This document shows positions 20,354 to 28,616 of a stretch of 64,000 nt of DNA, one piece after another. The position numbers were made by a program, and so were the translations under genes. The stretch is from NCBI GenBank assembly GCA_040902805.1, contig JBBDWQ010000038.1:23941-87940 (forward strand), given 5' to 3'. The notes beneath the pieces were generated by a model. The model had not been told where the DNA came from. It did no database searches and saw only the letters and a program-made list of their open reading frames with translations. Positions within the stretch are counted from its first letter, which is position 1. Each line of letters starts with the position of its first letter. Source of the DNA: Acidimicrobiales bacterium. Lineage in GTDB: Bacteria > Actinomycetota > Acidimicrobiia > Acidimicrobiales > VFJN01.

Positions 20354-21079
20354 ATGCCTGCTGACGAGCCTGGCGCGCCACTACAGGTCACCGTGGTGCT
20401 TCCCGCCCACAACGAGGAGGACATCCTCGCCAACACTGTTGCCGAGATCATGGCCGGCCTTCGCGCTCGCGGTGCCGCGTTCGAGGTGGTGATCGTCGAA
20501 AATGGGTCCAGAGACGCCACCCTTCGGGTCGCACAGGACCTGGCCGCATTGCATCCTGAGCTGGTGGTGCTGACGAGCTCGACCGCCGACTACGGGGAGG
20601 CGTTGCGCCGAGGTTTGCAGGCCGCCCGCGGTGACGTCGTCGTGAACTTCGACGTCGACTACTACGACCTCGGGTTCTTCGATGACGCCGTCGCGATGGT
20701 TCGCGCCGGGAAGGCGGGCATCGTGGTGGGCACCAAGCGCGGCCTGGGCGCGCAGGACGATCGTCCGTGGCCACGCCGCGTCGTGACGGGTGGGTTCAGC
20801 TGGATCCTTCGCTTCGGATTCGGACTGCAGGCGTCAGACACGCACGGCATGAAGGCGCTTGACCGGCACCGGCTGGCACCTCTGGCCGACCGATGTCAGC
20901 TCGGCGCGGATCTCTTCGACACCGAGCTCGTGCTACGTGCGGAACGGGAGGGCATCGTCGTCGCCGAGCTCCCGGTGCAGGTCATCGAGCTTCGCCCCGC
21001 CCGCTCCCCCATCGCTCGGCGCGTCATCCGAACCGTCGTCGGGCTCCGGCGACTCCATCGCGCTCTCCGGAACCCGTAA
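20354..21079 (+). CDS. Glycosyltransferase family 2, polyprenyl-phosphate sugar synthase-like (soluble type)
   Basis: LQVTVVLPAHNEEDIL...VIVENGSRD...NFDVDYYD. 241 aa with no C-terminal TM segments. The acceptor is not identifiable from sequence. Confidence 0.75.
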   Translation: MPADEPGAPLQVTVVLPAHNEEDILANTVAEIMAGLRARGAAFEVVIVENGSRDATLRVAQDLAALHPELVVLTSSTADYGEALRRGLQAARGDVVVNFDVDYYDLGFFDDAVAMVRAGKAGIVVGTKRGLGAQDDRPWPRRVVTGGFSWILRFGFGLQASDTHGMKALDRHRLAPLADRCQLGADLFDTELVLRAEREGIVVAELPVQVIELRPARSPIARRVIRTVVGLRRLHRALRNP

Positions 21080-23392
21080 GCGCCTCGGGAAGTGGACCGG
21101 GCCGCGGCGGGCGAGCAGGCCAAGCGCCAGCAGAGCCGCCAAGGTGGTGCCCCAGCCGAGGTACTCCACGGAGGTCTCGCCGTAAGAGAGCTCCACGTGG
21201 CGCTCGGTCGGGATGACAACCATCAAGTTGGGTGTTACGCGATACGGCCCGTCCGCGCCCTTCACTGACCAGTTGGGGAAGTACGACACCTTCACGAGCA
21301 TGGGCTGGCCCACCCGGTCGACGTCGAAGCTCAGCGACTGGTCCTGAGGATCGATGTTCGATACGCGAGTGGACGGAAGCGCACGCCGCTCGGGTTGTTC
21401 GCCTGCCTCGATGCGCTGCCAACCGAGCGGGCCGTTGGAAGCGAGGACAACATCGAGTGACGCGGCGTCGTTGTACCAAGCCACCGCGTCCCGTTGCCAG
21501 GCGGGGTTCTCGTTGCGCATGCCCTGCAGTACTGCCGGTTCGTTGGCGAGCGGCTCGACCAGCTCGCTTCCCGACACCTCGTAGACCGTCCACGGAGCAG
21601 AGCTGGCGACCTCGCGCAGGTCTGGGTGGGCAGCAGCCGCCAGCGTGGCCTCGGGGGAGAAGGCCATGTAGTAACGCACGCCCATCAGCTGCAGATGTTG
21701 CACGCCGGCGGTGAGGTCGAGTCCGCTGTAGTGCATGGGGCGCTCAGGGGTGTCGCGGACCGGGTTCGATGGCGCCGCAGAGAGCTCAGCGGCGTTGAGG
21801 AAGTGAAATGGCGTCGTGGCCGACGACTCGAAGTACAGACCCTCCATCGAGGCGATGCAGCCGCTAGTCCAGAACGGAAGCAGCATCAGCGCCATCGGCG
21901 TGCCGTACCTGTTGAGGTCGGACTCGTACTCCCAATGGGCTCGACCGCAGCCCTCGGTCTCGCCCACCCGCTGCATCGTCGACACAATCCCGCGGTACTC
22001 CGGGTAGGCATCCTTGCGCTCATACCCCGAGTAGTTCCACGCTGCCCAGCTGTCCACAAAGCTGTCATCGTTCGTCTCGAGCGGGCCCCATCGGTAGGTG
22101 CTGCCGTCAAGGTGCCCGAAAGGCAGGACGTGGAGAGGCAGCGCCACGGTGACGATCGCCGCGCTCGCAACCAAGACGGTTCCTGCTCCCCGCACCGTTC
22201 GCTGCACGACCTCCCCGCCCGATCCGATGAGCAGGGCTATCGATCGGATCACCTCGGAGACGCCGATCGCGGCCAGCAGGTACAACGCGAGGTAGTAGAA
22301 GGGCAGCAACCGCGCGTTCCAGATGTGAACAGCTCCCGCAGCGTCCCCCCAGAACCCGACGGCGGCGAGCACGCCGACGATGGCGACAAAGATGCCCACG
22401 CGGACGCGCAAGGCAAACGACATCACGACACCGACCAGCGCAAGTGCGAACACCCAGCGCGTCGCGTCGGGGAGGAGCCCTTCTTTCAGCCCGTCGAGTC
22501 GCTCCCAGCCCATGTCGGTGAGCAGACCGCGCCGAAGCACGAAGGGCACCGACCAGAACGCGGTGAGCAGGCAGCCGAGCGCCAGGATTGGTGCCGCAAA
22601 GCGTACGCGGGCCCAGTTGGCGCGGAGAGCGACCATCACCACTGCTCCCACGACTGCGAAGAAGGCAGGGATGGCGTGACACAGGATGACCAGCGCGAGC
22701 AGAAGTGTGGCTTTGCCGCGGTGATGGCCGGAGTCGAGGGCTCTCGACAGCACGCCGAAGAACAGCAGCGCCAGGGACAAGCTGATCGAGAAGCTGTACT
22801 CGCCGGCCAGCGTGGAGGCGAGATTGCCGCCGTAGATCGTCCAGCTTCGGTCGAACAGGAACAAGGTGAGCGCCACGGCAAGGAGGGCCGGACCAGGCGG
22901 CGGTAGCCGAAACAGGCGGCCCATCACGTATGCGCAGATCGGCATCGCCACTACGCCCAGAACGGTGACGAGCTTCAGCGCGATGCCATAGGGGAGCACG
23001 AGGTCGAGCAGCACCACGAGCAGCGCAGGGGGCAGCATGTAGAACTGGAACGCCGGGAAGCCGGCGTACCAATCGGGGGTCCATCCCGTCAGCCGGAAGT
23101 GCGGCAACAGGCTGTCCCGAAGGTAGGCGGGCCCCCACACGTGTGCGCCCATGTCGCCGCCAGCGGGCGTCGTGCGCGCCAGGATCAGGTCTGGGTGCAG
23201 CTGCAAGAGGACGAACACCGAGCAGCCGACTGCTATCGCCGCTCCGCCCCACGACTCCACGGGCGCGCTCGCCGCCGCGTTCTGCCACCGCCGGAGCAAG
23301 CTGCGCTTTGGCGCTACGTGAGCAGGGGCCGCCGTGGGGGGCTCGGCCAGCGGCTGTTCTGTGATCGAGGACACGACACTCGATCTTTCCAT
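20933..23392 (-). CDS. Large polytopic membrane protein, GT-C/YfhO-like architecture (uncharacterised)
   Basis: C-terminal 820 aa of ORF 20933-24235; ATG 23390-23392 (MERSSVVSS). The first loop has TTPAGGDMGAHVWGPAYL...WTPDWYAGFPAFQFYMLPP. Many TM segments are followed by a ~350-aa non-hydrophobic domain ending SYFPNWSVKGADGPYRVTPNLMVVIPTERHVELSYGETSVEY plus a final TM. Confidence 0.7.
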   Translation of the reverse strand: MERSSVVSSITEQPLAEPPTAAPAHVAPKRSLLRRWQNAAASAPVESWGGAAIAVGCSVFVLLQLHPDLILARTTPAGGDMGAHVWGPAYLRDSLLPHFRLTGWTPDWYAGFPAFQFYMLPPALLVVLLDLVLPYGIALKLVTVLGVVAMPICAYVMGRLFRLPPPGPALLAVALTLFLFDRSWTIYGGNLASTLAGEYSFSISLSLALLFFGVLSRALDSGHHRGKATLLLALVILCHAIPAFFAVVGAVVMVALRANWARVRFAAPILALGCLLTAFWSVPFVLRRGLLTDMGWERLDGLKEGLLPDATRWVFALALVGVVMSFALRVRVGIFVAIVGVLAAVGFWGDAAGAVHIWNARLLPFYYLALYLLAAIGVSEVIRSIALLIGSGGEVVQRTVRGAGTVLVASAAIVTVALPLHVLPFGHLDGSTYRWGPLETNDDSFVDSWAAWNYSGYERKDAYPEYRGIVSTMQRVGETEGCGRAHWEYESDLNRYGTPMALMLLPFWTSGCIASMEGLYFESSATTPFHFLNAAELSAAPSNPVRDTPERPMHYSGLDLTAGVQHLQLMGVRYYMAFSPEATLAAAAHPDLREVASSAPWTVYEVSGSELVEPLANEPAVLQGMRNENPAWQRDAVAWYNDAASLDVVLASNGPLGWQRIEAGEQPERRALPSTRVSNIDPQDQSLSFDVDRVGQPMLVKVSYFPNWSVKGADGPYRVTPNLMVVIPTERHVELSYGETSVEYLGWGTTLAALLALGLLARRGPVHFPRRLRVPESAMESPEPDDGSDDAPSDGGAGGAKLDDLHRELGDDDALPFRT

Positions 23393-23412
23393 CCGGGGCG
23401 CGTCAGGTTGGG

Positions 23413-24153
23413 TCACCCGAGCAACAGGAGGCTGACGACGGTGACCATGTTGAACGTCACGTGGGCGGCGATGGCCGGTCCCAGCCGTCCGGCACGGTGA
23501 GCCAGCACCCCAGCGACGGCACCGAACAGGACCAGCGCCGGCAGCTGCAGCAGCTCGAAGTGGCTGGCGCCGAACACCAACGACGTAACTGCGATGGCGG
23601 CGGCCGGGTGGAGCCCGCGCTTCAGGAGTGCCCCTTGCAGCAGGCCGCGGTAGAAGATCTCCTCCACGACCGGCGCGCCGACCCCCACGATCAAGACCAG
23701 CAAGATGACGCCAATGGCACCGTCGGCCCGGTCGGTCATGGCACGCGCGGGGCCTTCGAGGTCCGAGGTGTCCTTCTGCAGCAGCCGGAGCAACGGCCAG
23801 TAGAGCAACGGCAGGGCGACCAGCTGCAGCAACGCACCAATCAGGCCACCGCGCCAGAGGTCGGCTCCCCGCGCGCGGAGCTGCAGATCTCGCACAAGGC
23901 CGTTGCCCTTCAGCCGCGTTGCGACGACGGGCACACCCAGCAGTCCAACCCAAAGCCCGAGCTGAGCAAGGGCCACGAGGGACAGCGGCAAGTCGTCGAT
24001 CTGATCGACGGAGCGGTCGGTCGCGGCCAGGATCGTGGCGAGCGCCAGCTGAGACCCGGTCAGCCCGATCAAGAACCCGAGCACCGCGTCCCCAAACCCC
24101 CAACGGGTAGGCCGCGCAGTGCTGACAGCGGACGCGGAGGGGACCTCGATCAC
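23413..24153 (-). CDS. CPBP-family intramembrane glutamic endopeptidase (CAAX protease-like)
   Basis: Motifs EEIFYRGLL, FGASH and HVTFN in a polytopic protein. GTG start at 24151-24153. Confidence 0.85.
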   Translation of the reverse strand: MIEVPSASAVSTARPTRWGFGDAVLGFLIGLTGSQLALATILAATDRSVDQIDDLPLSLVALAQLGLWVGLLGVPVVATRLKGNGLVRDLQLRARGADLWRGGLIGALLQLVALPLLYWPLLRLLQKDTSDLEGPARAMTDRADGAIGVILLVLIVGVGAPVVEEIFYRGLLQGALLKRGLHPAAAIAVTSLVFGASHFELLQLPALVLFGAVAGVLAHRAGRLGPAIAAHVTFNMVTVVSLLLLG

Positions 24154-24179
24154 CCGGGCAGGCTATTGGTTGTCCGCCC

Positions 24180-24413
24180 TCAGGACGCCAGCGCGTGCGA
24201 CAACGCGGCCGGGTAACGCACGCGTCGATCGGCAAGCGCCCAGCCCTGCGGCACCTTGAGGCCGTCGGCGTGCTCCGTGCAGAGGTCGTAGGCCATGGGA
24301 TGGGCCTCGCTGTCGAGGAGCTCGACCCAGGCGGTACGAGCCGAGTAGTCGTAGGTCAGCGTGGCGCTGGCACTGGCATTGCAACTGGGCTTGGCGCACG
24401 TGCGGCTGCTCAT
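24180..24413 (-). CDS. DUF3499-like small Cys/His protein
   Basis: ORF 24180-24446. MSSRTCAKPSCNASASATLTYDYSARTAWVELL...YDLCTEHAD matches my memory of actinobacterial DUF3499. The ATG 24411-24413 start is preferred; GTG 24446 and ATG 24437 are alternatives. Confidence 0.7.
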   Translation of the reverse strand: MSSRTCAKPSCNASASATLTYDYSARTAWVELLDSEAHPMAYDLCTEHADGLKVPQGWALADRRVRYPAALSHALAS

Positions 24414-24509
24414 GGCGGGAGACGCTAACCATGCCATTCCTGCCACTCGTGGATCCCCGATCGACCCGCATGGTCGCCGTTCCCGTGAGACGACCCGTAT
24501 CCTGGCGGG

Positions 24510-26531
24510 ATGTCGCCCGAGGGTCTACCGCCACCGCCACCGCCGCCTCCGCGCGGGCCCAAGGGTCCTGGCCGCTCCGGTCGGCCGGTCTTTGGAGGGC
24601 AGGGCATCCCCCGGTGGGGGATCTGGGTCCTCCTCGGCCTGACGCTGGTGATCATCGTGTCCTCCGGACTCGCTGCATCACCGAAGCGCGAGAAGGTCTC
24701 GTACTCGGACTTCATGGCGCAGGTGCGCGACGCGAAGGTCGCGGCTGTCGAGATCGACAACACCAACGGTGCCATCACGGGAAAGCTCGACGACGGCTCG
24801 ACGTTCCGCACGACCGGACCGCTCGACGGCGGGATCCCCGACAGCGATCTGACCGTGCTCCGCGACCAGAACGTCACGGTCGAGTACAAGACGCCGGAGC
24901 CCTCATGGCTGGTGAGCCTTCTGCCGTTCCTGATCCCCGTCGCCATCTTCGTCGCGTTCTTCTGGTTCATGCAGCGGCGGGCGCAGAGCCAGATGGGCGG
25001 CATCATGTCCATCGGCCGATCCCGCGCCAAGACCTACTCCACGGAGCGCCCGGGCACGACCTTCGCTGACGTTGCTGGCTACGACGGGGTGAAGCAGGAC
25101 ATCAAGGAGGTCGTCGACTTCCTCAAGACACCCGAGCGGTTCCAGGAGATCGGAGCGCGCATCCCCAAGGGCGTGCTGCTCGTGGGCCCACCGGGCACCG
25201 GCAAGACACTGATCGCCCGAGCGGTGGCAGGTGAGGCGGGAGTGCCGTTCCTCTCCGTCACCGGCTCCGACTTCATGGAGATGTTCGTCGGCGTCGGCGC
25301 GAGTCGTGTGCGTGACCTCTTCGCCAGCGCCCGCAAGATGGGCCGAGCGATCATCTTCGTCGACGAGCTCGACTCCATCGGCCGAAAGCGCGGCGCTGGT
25401 CTCGGTGGCGGCCACGACGAGCGCGAGCAGACGCTCAATCAGATGCTGTCCGAGATGGATGGGTTCGAGGCCACTGAGGGCATCGTCATGATGGCAGCCA
25501 CCAACCGGCCTGACATCCTCGATCCCGCGCTGCTCCGACCGGGACGATTCGACCGACAGGTAGTTGTGCCTCTGCCCGAGCTGAGCGAGCGGGAGGCAAT
25601 CCTGCGGGTGCACTCGAAGTCGAAGCGAATGAACGCCGACGTCGATCTGGCCGTCGTCGCGCGCGGTACGCCGGGCATGTCCGGCGCCGATCTGTCGAAC
25701 CTCGTGAATGAGGCGGCGCTGTTCGCGGTGCGCGGCGGCGACGACGAGATCTTCATGCGTCACTTCGAGATGGCACGCGATCGAGTCCTGATGGGTCAAC
25801 GACGCGAGTCGATGGCGTTGGCTGACAACGAGAAGGAAGCCATCGCCTACCACGAGGCCGGTCACGCCGTGGCCGCGGCGGTGGTGCCGAACGCCGATCC
25901 GGTCCACAAGGTGACGATCCTGCCGATGGGCATGGCACTCGGCGTCACCCAACAGCTTCCGGTCGACGAGAAGCACATCTACCGACAGGACTACATCGAG
26001 GACAGCCTGGTCGTTCGCATGGGCGGCCGCATCGCGGAGGACCTTGTGTTCGGTGTGATCTCGACAGGCGCCAACAACGACCTGGTGGGGTCCACGGAGC
26101 TCGCTCGGAAGATGGTGCGGGAGTGGGGCATGTCCACGCGCGTCGGGCCCATGGCGTGGGGTTCACAAGGCGCCGTGTTCCTCGGTGACGACCTCATGCA
26201 CACACGTGACTACTCGGACGAGACCGCCCGCATCATCGACGAAGAGGTCGAGCGGATCCTGCGCGAGCAGGAGGAACGGTGCCGTGGGGTGCTTACCGAG
26301 CATCGCCTCAGCCTCGACCTCGTGGCACGAGCACTGCTCGAGCACGAGACCATCGACGGCGAAGAGGTGTACCGCCTCGTCCAGCTCGGCCAGGATGGCC
26401 GCACTGCGATCGAGGAGTTCGGCGAGTGGCGAACCACCGACGGCCGCGGCGAGGGGTCCGGAACCTTTGCCGGTGAGGCTGCTGTGTCTCACGCCACCAA
26501 CGACACCGAAGCACCGCCGGCGTCGTCGTAG
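24510..26531 (+). CDS. ftsH: ATP-dependent zinc metalloprotease FtsH
   Basis: Two TMs; Walker [10 protein letters not shown]; Walker B IIFVDELD; [23 protein letters not shown]; zinc site HEAGHAV. 673 aa. Confidence 0.95.
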   Translation: MSPEGLPPPPPPPPRGPKGPGRSGRPVFGGQGIPRWGIWVLLGLTLVIIVSSGLAASPKREKVSYSDFMAQVRDAKVAAVEIDNTNGAITGKLDDGSTFRTTGPLDGGIPDSDLTVLRDQNVTVEYKTPEPSWLVSLLPFLIPVAIFVAFFWFMQRRAQSQMGGIMSIGRSRAKTYSTERPGTTFADVAGYDGVKQDIKEVVDFLKTPERFQEIGARIPKGVLLVGPPGTGKTLIARAVAGEAGVPFLSVTGSDFMEMFVGVGASRVRDLFASARKMGRAIIFVDELDSIGRKRGAGLGGGHDEREQTLNQMLSEMDGFEATEGIVMMAATNRPDILDPALLRPGRFDRQVVVPLPELSEREAILRVHSKSKRMNADVDLAVVARGTPGMSGADLSNLVNEAALFAVRGGDDEIFMRHFEMARDRVLMGQRRESMALADNEKEAIAYHEAGHAVAAAVVPNADPVHKVTILPMGMALGVTQQLPVDEKHIYRQDYIEDSLVVRMGGRIAEDLVFGVISTGANNDLVGSTELARKMVREWGMSTRVGPMAWGSQGAVFLGDDLMHTRDYSDETARIIDEEVERILREQEERCRGVLTEHRLSLDLVARALLEHETIDGEEVYRLVQLGQDGRTAIEEFGEWRTTDGRGEGSGTFAGEAAVSHATNDTEAPPASS

Positions 26532-26541
26532 GGGCGACCTG

Positions 26542-27006
26542 TCAGTGGCAGGCGTCGGGCGTGCTGCCTGGCTCCCGAGCCTCCGCGACCGCCGCCCACA
26601 GATCGGTCGCGGTCACTGGACCCACCCAGCTCGCCATCACCACCCCATCGGGATCGATCACCAGCGACGTCGGCACGGCGTCTATGCCGTAGCGGTCGTG
26701 CACACCACGAGCGGTGGAGTACTCGATCTCCACCACCGCCACCTGGGCGCTCTCCAGCGGCCGGGCTCGCTCCCACACCCCCGCGCACACCGTGCAGGTC
26801 GCCGACGTGAACACGGCGACCAACCACGGCACTTCGGGGCTCTCGAAGTCGGCGCGATCGACCTGTAGCGGGACGGCGTAGGTCCGTCCCGCGGGGGCGT
26901 CCGGGCGCTGGCGTCGCTGGATGACAGCGGCGACGCCAACGGCGACGAGCGCGAGCACCACGGCGACAACGACCCGTTCCACGCACAGAGCATGCCGCTC
27001 CTGCAT
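26542..27006 (-). CDS. Membrane-anchored thioredoxin-fold protein (CxxC = CTVC)
   Basis: ORF 26542-27075. ATG 27004-27006 (MQERHALCVERVVVAVVLALVAV) gives an N-terminal TM. WLVAVFTSATCTVCAGVW is thioredoxin-like. Confidence 0.6.
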   Translation of the reverse strand: MQERHALCVERVVVAVVLALVAVGVAAVIQRRQRPDAPAGRTYAVPLQVDRADFESPEVPWLVAVFTSATCTVCAGVWERARPLESAQVAVVEIEYSTARGVHDRYGIDAVPTSLVIDPDGVVMASWVGPVTATDLWAAVAEAREPGSTPDACH

Positions 27007-27073
27007 CAGGCCCGGCCACCCGCCGCACCCCCGATGGGGAGGAGCTCGCACGCGTCGTGCAGAATGTCCGGCC

Positions 27074-28495
27074 ATGCGACGCGGACGCCTGCCCCGGATC
27101 TTTCAGGAGCCCATGTGGGTGCTCGGCCTCGTCCTCTTCATGGACGAGGTCGACAAGAACGTCGTCCGAGGGTTGATCACGCCACTCAAGGCCGAGTTTG
27201 GCGTCGGCGACCTCGGCATCGGCGTTCTCCTGTCGCTTGCGCTCCTCTTCAACGGTCTCATCACCGTTCCGGCGGGCTACCTCGCCGATCGGTGGAACCG
27301 TTCTCGGGCCATTGGCCAGACCGTGATCGGCTGGTCGGTGCTGAGCGCCGGTGGCGCCGCGTCGGTCGGGTTCCCGATGCTCGTCGGCATGCGATCGGCG
27401 CTCGGCTTCGGCCAGGCGATCACCGAACCCTCGGCGGCGAGTCTCATCGGCGACTACTACCCGCCCGATCAGCGCGGGAAGGCCTTCTCGGTGCAGCAAG
27501 TGATGCTGCTGGCCGGCACTGGCTTTGGCGTTGGGCTGGGTGGCTTCATCGGCACCAACTGGGGCTGGCGGCCGGCCCTCATCGTCGTCGCCATCCCCGG
27601 CCTACTCGTGTCGTGGCTCGTCTTCCAGCTGCGCGAGCCTCGGCGCGGCACCGCCGACATGATGGCGGCCATCGGTGCGGGCTCTATCGAGCATGCCGAA
27701 GACGGCGAACACCCCGCGCTCTTCGAGAACGGTTTCCGTCAATTCCTTCGCGACATGATCGCCGGTCTGCGCGAGGACATGCGGGTGATCCTCGACATCC
27801 GGACGATGCGCTACGCGCTCGCCGGGGTGGCCGCCCTGCTGTTCACCGTCACCGCCCTGGCGGCGTGGCTCCCCCAGTACTTCGAGCGTCACCTGCACAT
27901 GGCCGAAGGCACTGGGGAAGCGCTCTTCTTCGCCCTCATCATCTTCGGAGGCATCCCGGGCGTGCTGATGGGCGGCCGAGTTGCCGACCGGTACGCACAG
28001 AAGATCCAGGGCGGTCGACTGGCCCTCCCGGCCATCTTCATCGCGGTCGGCAACGTGCTCTTCACCGGCGCCTACATGCTGCGCAGCGACACCTACTCGC
28101 GGTCGCTCGTCACCGTGGTGTTCCTGCTGCAGCTCGTTGGCATCTTCGTGATGACCATGGCCATCCCCGGCTTGCGCGCCGGGCTGACCGACGCCATCCC
28201 CGCGCACCTGCGTGGTGCGGGGTTCGGCGCCTTCAACCTGGTCGCTGTCGTGTGCGGGCAGGCTGCCGCGCCGTTCATCGTCTCGCTGATCTCCAACCAG
28301 TTCGACGAGAACCTCCGCGTGGCGTTCCTGGCCTGCTCCCCGCTGCTGTTCCTCGGTGCGGCCATCTTGTTCCGGGCCCGGAAGTACCTCGACGAGGACA
28401 TGAACAAGATCATGATGGCGGTGTTGCAGGCGCTCCAGGATGAGCAGACCCGTGCCCAGGAGAAGGCCGCTGAGCACGGAGCCGACCCCGCCTGA
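27074..28495 (+). CDS. MFS transporter
   Basis: Part of ORF 26921-28495; ATG 27074. MFS motif-A-like GYLADRWNRSRA and about 12 hydrophobic segments. Confidence 0.85.
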   Translation: MRRGRLPRIFQEPMWVLGLVLFMDEVDKNVVRGLITPLKAEFGVGDLGIGVLLSLALLFNGLITVPAGYLADRWNRSRAIGQTVIGWSVLSAGGAASVGFPMLVGMRSALGFGQAITEPSAASLIGDYYPPDQRGKAFSVQQVMLLAGTGFGVGLGGFIGTNWGWRPALIVVAIPGLLVSWLVFQLREPRRGTADMMAAIGAGSIEHAEDGEHPALFENGFRQFLRDMIAGLREDMRVILDIRTMRYALAGVAALLFTVTALAAWLPQYFERHLHMAEGTGEALFFALIIFGGIPGVLMGGRVADRYAQKIQGGRLALPAIFIAVGNVLFTGAYMLRSDTYSRSLVTVVFLLQLVGIFVMTMAIPGLRAGLTDAIPAHLRGAGFGAFNLVAVVCGQAAAPFIVSLISNQFDENLRVAFLACSPLLFLGAAILFRARKYLDEDMNKIMMAVLQALQDEQTRAQEKAAEHGADPA

Positions 28496-28500
28496 CCCGT

Positions 28501-28538
28501 GGGTCGGTGTCGCCGACCCCCGGAACGAGAGTCGGGGG
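28501..28538. terminator. Two partly overlapping GC hairpins between convergent genes
   Basis: GGGTCGG-tgtcg-CCGACCC (28501-28519) and CCCCCG-gaacgagagt-CGGGGG (28517-28538), lying 6 nt after the MFS stop in the 121-bp convergent gap. No U-tract. Confidence 0.3.
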
Positions 28539-28616
28539 CACCAGGGCACCGATTCGGTACCCCCATGCCCCCAACCCGCTGTGGGGTGGGCTGACGGCAA
28601 GCGGCAGCTGCTCCGC

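Noticed and set aside
21494-23288. 470-aa forward ORF 21494-22906 and 393-aa reverse ORF 22107-23288 inside the giant membrane-protein gene
   Set aside because: These are shadow frames of 20933-23392. They are extremely Arg/His/Gly-rich with no hydrophobic or catalytic pattern, whereas the chosen frame gives coherent TM segments.
20933-24235. The track ORF read as one 1100-aa protein. The same issue affects the maximal ORFs 4539-6335, 5345-6898, 14548-15843, 40129-41619, 46513-47793, 52169-53998 and 53605-55173
   Set aside because: The N-terminal extensions run through upstream genes on the same strand in another frame, or through opposite-strand genes, and are Arg/Pro-rich junk. Internal starts that coincide with upstream stop codons or SD sequences, and with conserved family N-termini, were used instead.
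24528-24551. ccgcca/ccgccg repeat as a non-coding microsatellite
   Set aside because: It lies inside the only possible FtsH reading frame upstream of TM1 and encodes the octa-proline tract. It is treated as a coding feature (see findings).
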